A DNA stretch of 64,000 nt, taken from contig NIVC01003448.1 of the NCBI GenBank assembly GCA_002269645.1, forward strand, positions 33,136 through 97,135, written 5' to 3'. The notes below the pieces were generated by a model that worked only from the letters and a program-made list of their open reading frames with translations, made no database searches and had not been told where the DNA came from. The stretch is from Macrostomum lignano (taxonomy: Eukaryota). The position numbers and the translations under genes are program-made. Positions 56,285-64,000 of this stretch are shown here, piece after piece (the first letter of the stretch is position 1; every line of letters begins with the position of its first letter).

Positions 56285-57110
56285 TGTCAGTAGGGGATCT
56301 GTCAGTAGGGGATCTGTCAGTAGGGGATCAGTCAGTAGGGGATCTGTCAGTAGGGGATCTGTCAGTAGGGATCTGTCAGTAGGAGATCTGTCAGTAGGGG
56401 ATCTGTCAGTAGCGATTCTGTCAGTAGGGTATCTGTCAGTAGCGAGTCTGTCAGTAGGGGATCTGTCAGTAGGGGATCTGTCAGAAGGGGATCTGTCAGT
56501 AGGGGATCAGTCAGTAGGGGATCTGTCAGTAGGGGATCTGTCAGTAGGGGATCTGTCAGTAGGGGATCTGTCAGTAAGGGATCTGTCAGTAGAGGATCTG
56601 TCAGTAGAGGATCTGTCAGTAGGGGATCTGTCAGTAGGGGATCTGTCAGTAGGGGATCTGCCAGTAGGGGATCAGTCAGTAGGGGATCTGTCAGTAGGGG
56701 ATCTGTCAGTAGGGGATCTGTCAGTAGGGGATCTGTCAGTAGGGGATCTGTCAGTAGGGGATCTGTCAGTAGGGGATCTGTCAGTAGGGGATCTGTCAGT
56801 AGGGGATCTGTCAGTAGGGGATCTGTCAGTAGGGGATCTGTCAGTAGGGGATCTGTCAGTAGGGGATCTGCCAGTAGGGGATCAGTCAGTAGGGGATCTG
56901 TCAGTAGGGGATCTGTCAGTAGGGGATCTGTCAGTAGGGGATCTGTCAGTAGGGGATCTGTCAGTAGGGGATCTGTCAGTAGGGGATCTGTCAGTAGGGG
57001 ATCTGTCAGTAGGGGATCTGCCAGTAGGGGATCTGTCAGTAGGGGATCTGTCAGTAGCGAGTCTGTCAGTAGGGGATCTGTCAGTAGGGGATCTGTCAGT
57101 AGGAATCTGT
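56285..57110 (+). repeat. 15-bp GATCTGTCAGTAGGG satellite, third array
   Basis: Direct reading. Confidence 0.97.
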
Positions 57111-57727
57111 CCTCTGTGCGCAAATTCGCGGATAGCTAAATACTTTCAGAAAGTAAAAAAACATATTTCATATTTCATATTCACAAGTTACGGACGGAAA
57201 GTGGCTGCATATAGTTAATATCTTCTAGAAGCAAACAGAAAGCAGCTGCTCCTGTGTCAAGACAGACCGCATCAGATTCAATCTACACTTCTGTTACGCT
57301 GCAGCTCTTGCCAAACAAATCCAACCACGGATGTCGAACTTCCGGTCAACCGGAAGCTGTGAAATTCAGATGTGCATTTAGTGCGGTGCCAGCTGATCGC
57401 AGTGTGGGGTTCTTTGCGGTCACCTGAAAAACTGACCGGAAACTTTCAACCTACTGCGGTTAGCGGCAGCTCTCGGTGAGTCAATGCTGCAGATTGGAAT
57501 ATGAGATGGTTGCAGAGCGGTGGCTCCATCAGCAGTCAACTCTGATGCACTGCACTTTCCTACTGTAATTTTTGTTTTAAAAGTCTTCACCAAATTAGGA
57601 AAGACAAAGTTGCCAAGTTATTTAAACGGTGTTATTTTCATTTATCTTTGGCTTCGTCAAAGCTTAAAGAATAAAAGCTGTTTTAGGGATATCCTGAGCT
57701 GCCACGAAGTTAATAGCAGTTTCGGTC

Positions 57728-59797
57728 ATGTCTACAGATGGAGGCGATACAGATCCCTTGGTTAATGGGACTGTGGGGCCACCGGCCGACAGCACCGACA
57801 ACAGAGACACATTTTGGGTTAAGTTCGGCCTGTTAATCGTCTGCACTGCGATTGCAGCACTAGTGAGTTTAGCTTTTATCATAGAAGACAACAACCTGGA
57901 GAGAAGTGTCAAGAATTGTGCTGACTACAGCCCTTTGGTGTCGCCAATAATTCGTTTAGTCCTAATAGTCTTGGCTCTGCTCTCGCTGTTATATCAGTTG
58001 CTTTGCAAAAAATGTGTCAGTATAAGAGTGCCAAATGAAGGCAACAGAAACAAACATTGGTCGCCTAATGAGGTCTTAGACTGTATTCCTGAGCTGGACT
58101 GGCACGCTTCCATGCCTTCCACATTCCTGCTGACCGTCTGCATTCTGCTAGGCCTTTTCGATGTCGTTGGAAAGGGCATAAAATTTATTGACGGTATTAT
58201 CCAGCTCACAAGCCATAGAAACGACTGCTGGCTTCCAAATTTCTGGTGGACACTTGACAAGTTTGTGATTCCATTCCTACAAGTCGCGTTCACTATACTC
58301 CAAACCATATTCTTCGCAGTGTGTGGCAACCGAAGTCCAAACAAATTTTCTGCTATTTTATTCTCCGTTCTAATGGCCCCTCTAATCGCCACCAACTTGG
58401 CGTCTTGGTTCTCAAGCGTTAACTCTGAAGTTCTGGAACACTTTAAGAATCATAATCATTCAAAAAGCAATAACTCTGTGGCAAACACAATTCTGCCATA
58501 TATTTTTCCATGTAGCGCTGAATACTCCATTCTCTGCACCATTTTCGGCCTGTTCTGTTGGATCAACATCGGGCATTTGGCTAAACTGTTGCGCGAGCAT
58601 CCTGTTAATAATGGAGACGATTTGCAGCAACTGCTGAGCCAAAATTCGCACGATCGTGCAGTGGTACCTGACACTGTGGCTCACTATTGGTGCGGCTTGG
58701 GGTTGGGCCTGTTCCCAACGACAGCTGCTATCATTTCCATCTTATTTTTCTCGTCTCTTAACCAGACGGATCGAGACATCTTATTCTACAGTGTTCTGAT
58801 GGGCTTGCACTTTGCCAATACGATTGCTTTGGTTTTTTTTCTTAGGGTTGGTCATCAGAATCAGAGCTCCACCGATCAGCAGCCTCGAAGAAGTCACGGA
58901 ATCGACATCTTACTGTTGTGCACTGCTGCAGTATGCGACACAGTCTACAACCTATTTTTATTTGTATACAACGTTAAGAGCATTGGAGATCCCACACAAG
59001 TTAATTTCGATGGTTCATCCGCCAACAACTCGGCTCCATTCATTGCGGCTTTGGTAGATCTGGTATTTTGTATTGCAGACAGCGGCTTGCAATTAATAGT
59101 ACTGATTCTGGCGCTCAACTACTGGACATTCCGTGCCAATTCAAATCTCAACGGGCTAAAGCAGTGTTCGGTCGCCATGATGCTAATAAACTTCTCACAG
59201 TGGCTGATGTTCACTTTTTGCAGCTCCGAAATGATCGTCGACACAGCTTCTGTAAAGACTGGGATCCCATCCGCAACGCTATTTGTGTCAATGCTGTGCT
59301 CACCGTTCTCAATATTTTACAGATTTCACAGTGTCGGCTGCTTATACGAGATCAGAGGACACCTGGCACAGGTGGAATTGACGCGAGGAAATACGACCAA
59401 CCATGGTACTAATCGCCATCACGATGCTACTGGCAGCCATCATGATGCTGCTGTCAGCCATCACGATGCTGCTTTCAGCCATCACGATGCTGCCGATGCT
59501 GCTGTCAGCCATCACGATGCTGCCGATGCTGCTGTCAGCCATCACGATGCTGCTGTAAGCCATCACGATGCTGCTTTCAGCCATCACGATGCTGCTTTCA
59601 GCCATCACGATGCTGCTTTCAGCCATCACGATGCTGCTTTCAGCCATCACGATGCTGCTTTCAGCCATCACGATGCTGCTTTCAGCCATCACGATGCTGC
59701 TTTCAGCCATCACGATGCTGCTTTCAGCCATCACGATGCTGCTTTCAGCCATCACGATGCTGCTGTCAGCCATCACGATGCTGCTAGCATTGTGTGA
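57728..59797 (+). CDS. Otopetrin-family proton channel, intronless, 689 aa, with a (HHDAAFS)n C-terminal tail
   Basis: Multi-pass hydrophobic ORF with otopetrin motifs LMAPLIATNLASW, FPCSAEYSIL, INFSQW and IFYRFHS.GCLYEI. Confidence 0.88.
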   Translation: MSTDGGDTDPLVNGTVGPPADSTDNRDTFWVKFGLLIVCTAIAALVSLAFIIEDNNLERSVKNCADYSPLVSPIIRLVLIVLALLSLLYQLLCKKCVSIRVPNEGNRNKHWSPNEVLDCIPELDWHASMPSTFLLTVCILLGLFDVVGKGIKFIDGIIQLTSHRNDCWLPNFWWTLDKFVIPFLQVAFTILQTIFFAVCGNRSPNKFSAILFSVLMAPLIATNLASWFSSVNSEVLEHFKNHNHSKSNNSVANTILPYIFPCSAEYSILCTIFGLFCWINIGHLAKLLREHPVNNGDDLQQLLSQNSHDRAVVPDTVAHYWCGLGLGLFPTTAAIISILFFSSLNQTDRDILFYSVLMGLHFANTIALVFFLRVGHQNQSSTDQQPRRSHGIDILLLCTAAVCDTVYNLFLFVYNVKSIGDPTQVNFDGSSANNSAPFIAALVDLVFCIADSGLQLIVLILALNYWTFRANSNLNGLKQCSVAMMLINFSQWLMFTFCSSEMIVDTASVKTGIPSATLFVSMLCSPFSIFYRFHSVGCLYEIRGHLAQVELTRGNTTNHGTNRHHDATGSHHDAAVSHHDAAFSHHDAADAAVSHHDAADAAVSHHDAAVSHHDAAFSHHDAAFSHHDAAFSHHDAAFSHHDAAFSHHDAAFSHHDAAFSHHDAAFSHHDAAFSHHDAAVSHHDAASIV

Positions 59798-60661
59798 TTT
59801 ACTGGGTCCCTCGAGTACTCCAACTTGAAGCACCCAGACTAGTGGCAAGATGGTTTCACGATAAGTTTGCATAAAAATGCAAAGTACACCAATTTGATTG
59901 CTAGATTCCTATACATACGGAATGGATATGCCAAGATTCTCAGTGAATTCAGAGTGCTTTAGTTTTCCCTTGCGTATAAGAACTAGCAAAAATTACAGAC
60001 TTTAACCGTTACAAATATGAAATGTTTTTTACAATAGCTTTTTTCTAATTTTAATGATAAAAAAATCTTGTAACCACTTTTTAATGCTTTTATCTTTTTA
60101 AAAGGATGTTCACCAGAAGACTTTTTACTATGATTACTATTTTTTAACTGTCTCGAACTTGTTCATTCAGAAACTCTGTTTAACTTCGACTTTTTTGTTT
60201 GCGTACTCTTCTATTTATGTTTATTACAAAGTTAACTATAGATATAGATTTGAGGCTGCTTGCCATGATACAATAAATATGGTAATAAATTTTTTTCCAT
60301 TTTTCTGTCCATCTAAAACTTACTTGCGCTGCAATACTCAATATTTATGAAATAGAATTTCGCTATAAAATGGTCAAATTATCTTTGACCTAATTATGCG
60401 TCACTGCTCGGATCGAATAATTAATTATTTTTTTTAAAACTGATTTTTTTCACTTCGGGCTTCCCGGATGTTTCCGTCATTGACTCATTGCATCAAAAGC
60501 TCTCACAGCCGCGAGTTGAAGCCTGAGGGCCAGCAGTTGAGCAGGTGGGGATTTGCCTTGGCACAGAGGAGCAGCGCATGCAGTGCTGAGGAATAAAGAT
60601 GAGCAGCCTCAGCACCATTGAACTGAAGCGTCAGTTGGAATGAACTCGGGTCTACTAGTTA

Positions 60662-61320
60662 ACCAGCCAGACATTTGCTGCCAGATATTTGCCAGCCAGA
60701 CATTTGCCAGCCAGACATTTGCTGCCAGACATTTGCCAGCCAGACATTTGCCAGCCAGACATTTGCTGCCAGACATTTGCCAGCCAGACATTTGCCAGAC
60801 AGACATTTGCCAGACAGACATTTGCCAGACAGAAATTTGCCAGACAGACATTTGCCTGACAGACATTTGCCTGACAGACATTTGCCAGCCAGACATTTGA
60901 CAGCCACTGCGGGACCTACTGAAGGCCAAGAATGACTTCGTCTGGAGTCAGCAGCATGATGAAGCGTTCCGAAAGATAACGAGAGAGCTGAGCAGTGTCC
61001 CTACGATTTCCTTTTATGATCAACTTCTTATCTACCTCTCTTATCTGCATTGCACACGGATGCTTACAGACCAAACTGTCTCCCCTTTACCCTGAAGCAG
61101 AAGCAGAGCGGCTGCTCATGGCGAGTCATCCAAGCCGGCTCAAGATTAGTATCGGAAATCGAGCATCGCTACGCAATGATCGAGCTTGAACTGCCGGCTG
61201 TTGCTTGGGCAGTGAAAAGAGATGTCTTTTTCTCAAAGGATCTTAAACAAATACACTTTGGACCAGATCGAAAACCAAAAGTGGCAGCTACTGTCTCTAA
61301 GGCCATACTGCAGAAAGCAT
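60662..61320 (+). mobile_element. Second satellite plus Gypsy RNase H composite
   Basis: ATTTGCCAGCCAGAC array (60662-60900), then sequence colinear with 33105-33545 (QAGSRLVSEIEHRYAMIELEL.AVAWAVK). Confidence 0.85.
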
Positions 61321-61323
61321 GGG

Positions 61324-61528
61324 AACAACAACAACAACAAAATACGTTGTCAGTCAGTCAGCAGACAACGTCACAAGGCACGTTTCAAGGCCTGGGCGCG
61401 AACGCAGGCCGCACCGCCGGCAGTGTCCGGGCGCCGGCATCAGCCAGCAGGCAGTCGACGAAACGCCAAGTGCGCGCCTGCCCCGCCGGTAGCGTGCCTG
61501 CAGCGTCAGCAGCAGCACCTCCTATAAA
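61324..61528 (-). mobile_element. Short 5'-truncated RTE-like 3' end with (TTG)n tail
   Basis: aacaacaacaacaaaatacg and gcctggg.gcgaacg.ag.ccgc.ccg..ggcagtgtc shared with 45045-45260. Confidence 0.7.
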
Positions 61529-63544
61529 AGTTAGAAATCTGAAGTTTTAACCCTAAGTTAGAAGATAGAAATTTATGAAATGCACAGGCGCAGTGAAGGG
61601 CTGAAGAGTTGATTCGGGAGGTGATCAGTCTCCCGAAAACTCCCACTTCCAGACACTTAAGCCTGGGAACAAATTTAACGTGTTCACTTACTGTGGCGGG
61701 CTCTTCTTCTGTGTCGGGCAGGTTCTCCGAGCTCGTTCCTTGTTTCTTCCTTGTGGCGCGCGTTTGTAGAGTTCGCTTCTTCCAATCTTCTTCTTCTCCG
61801 GAGGAATCTTCTTGAAGTCTTCGAAGTCCAAAGTCGGCCGAGAGTGAGAGCAGAACAGTGAAGTCGACGTTGATATATCACCTTGAGTGCGGGATTCAGT
61901 ACGTTCCTCGAGTGCCAAATCAATATCGACAGTGCGCCCTAATAAACTCAAATTCTAACGCGAGGTCCTCCAAAGGGGGCGTCTTCTTCTAGATCTAACG
62001 GAATCGGAGTCGTGTTCTCCTATCGGTTAATCTAGGATAATCCAAATCAACCGTCAATAATCCTCTAAGGGTATCGGAATCGGTCCCCAGATCCTATCCA
62101 ATCCCTTAGGAAAATGGGAGGCCTCCAATAGTCTCAGTAAAGTCAGTGGATCAAAAACGGCCGGCCGGCAATAAAATCGCTCTTAATTAATCAAAATAAC
62201 GAAGACTTGAACAACACTTCTCAATTGACACGCTTCTCTCCCAGAGATTTAGCCTCGATTAGTTGCTCTAACTAACAACAAGATCTTTTGAGGCTGCTCC
62301 GAGTCTGAGGTTTCAGCTCGGATTTTACGCTTATATTTATAGTCGAATTTTTGGTATATACTTAGTAGCGCGACTCATATTTCATCAGATTTCAACTTAT
62401 TTCATCATATTTCACCATAGTTGCAACGTATTTCACCATAGTTGCAACTTGTCTCATGCTTCGTGGTACGTTGTATTCACTGTCTTAAAGTAGAGTATAA
62501 AAATTTGCAATTTTTATAACATTCAAGTTTTTCGCATTTTTATGTTACTACTTACAGTAGTCTACTTGTATTGTTTCTGGAGATCTCTACAGGGCGAGGC
62601 AGAAGAGCACAATGGAACCCTAGATAGCTATTAGAGGGCAAACAGAAGCAGCTTTAAGATAATTAATCAACTGTCAAGTGAATTTAAATAGCCGAATCTA
62701 ATAAAGCCCTTTTCATTCCAGTCAGTAGCGTCACCCCGCCGCAGGCACAATGGCGCTCAAACCGGCTGGGAGAAGCAAGCTGAGGCAGCGGCCTGACTTA
62801 GAGAACAACGCGGCACGCGGCAGACTTTGGCGCACCTGAGGGAGAAAACGTGAGGCCACCTACAGATTCCTACCCAACCTGAACCGACCCAAGAAGGCGA
62901 GATCAACCCCAAACAGCTTGACAACCGAGAGGACTGTTTAATCATCAATGGACAGAGTTAAGAGACGGAAAATTAAGCTCTTTTTCTATAATCTTTCTAT
63001 CCAAATTTTATCCAACTCAACACATAGATTTGCGAAACCCCGAGTAAACTCTAACCCTCACACTTAGCAACCTACTAGAACTAACTAAATTCGTGTACAA
63101 CTAGGGGACTGAGTCCCGGATTTTTATTGCTTAAAACCCCCCCCCCGCCATTGCTAACACGCGAAGACACCCCACCCGGCGGCGGGGAGGTCAAAAATTC
63201 TAATTGTATAAATAGACGCCCATCTCAAACTGGAGCGGCGCTTCGTTTTTTCTTGCGCAGTTTTCGATCTCGAATTGGTCCCTTTGATTGGTCTCTGGAT
63301 TATCCAGTTGGCACAAATCTAGTCTTCAATACAGTTATTTGTCTTAATTGTCACGCAGAGCATATCCGAGAAAGAGTCAAACTCAGCTTAGATACTAGGA
63401 GATCCCGTCAGTTTATACGGTTTTCTCTGACGGCCTGATTGAGAGATTAGAGCTGTAAGAACCTTAGACCGCTAGACATCTATCTTACGAAAGTGAGAAC
63501 ACAAACTCAAAGGCCAGAGAAAAATGTGTATACTCCTGCACCGG

Positions 63545-64000
63545 CTGTGGGCAGTACTCGCTTGTAGCCGACCTTGAAGGCGGCGCGTGTGCTGCATCGA
63601 CCAGCTGTTCGAGCGAATCTGTCAGCATCCAGGTCTCGGCGTTATACATTACAGGTACAACAGAACGGTCTCGATCACCGCCTGTAACAACGCCGCCCTC
63701 TGGCGGTCGGGCAGGGCCTCAGAATGCAGGACAGCCTTCGCGGAACGGAAGGCAGCCCAGGCAAGTCCACTACGACGTACACAGGTCCTCGCGAACGTCA
63801 GGCACCAGACAAACTGCTGAGAGCACGGAAGCTTTTTTCACCTGCTCGTCGACGCCTCGGCAGAAAATTGCAACCTCGATGTCGTCCGGCACGCAGAGCA
63901 CGACGGTCTTCTGTATGTTGACTACCAGGCCGACGCTCGCCGCAACGCTCATTAGCCGGTCCAGCTGGCGTTGGCCGCCCTCGACAGTCGAGGACAGCAG
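63545..64000 (-). mobile_element. Diverged RTE-like LINE RT C-terminal fragment, runs off the window
   Basis: LLSSTVEGGQRQLDRLMSVAASVGLVVNIQKT; 63690-63790 similar to 45500-45620. Confidence 0.8.

Noticed and set aside
56362-57123. LLTDP-repeat ORF (also the RGSVS ORFs at 27056 and 44411-45173)
   Set aside because: Translations of the 15-bp satellite.

Overview
Eukaryotic (animal) genomic DNA with GT-AG introns, very rich in mini- and microsatellites. The style suggests a flatworm such as Macrostomum, which is inference only. Contents in order: (1) 1.6-10.9 kb, a spliced Helitron RepHel gene (STPR-like repeats, OTU protease, HUH Rep, first half of Pif1 helicase) joined head-to-tail to a satellite-filled non-autonomous Helitron. 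(2) 11.7-15.3 kb, a foldback MITE and a miniature LTR element. (3) 16.1-22.5 kb, a 5-exon pyruvate kinase gene with a frameshift in exon 3, a tRNA-derived SINE in intron 1 and a minisatellite in every intron. (4) 23-64 kb, a shuffled mosaic of duplicated modules: three X-box/ankyrin units, three otopetrin copies, a cGAS/Mab21-like (cGLR) gene plus an inverted fragment of it, an orphan laminin-G exon, RTE, Gypsy and DIRS/Ngaro relics, and three arrays of one 15/19-bp satellite. Best candidate for an undescribed system: a long ankyrin exon with 20 near-identical units that vary only in the binding hairpin. It ends in a splice donor that can join in frame to the cGLR nucleotidyltransferase 0.55 kb downstream, giving a possible ~1442-aa repeat-shuffling innate immune sensor. 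A paralogue in the same window has only 3 units. No database searches or alignments were run, so family calls rest on motif recognition.
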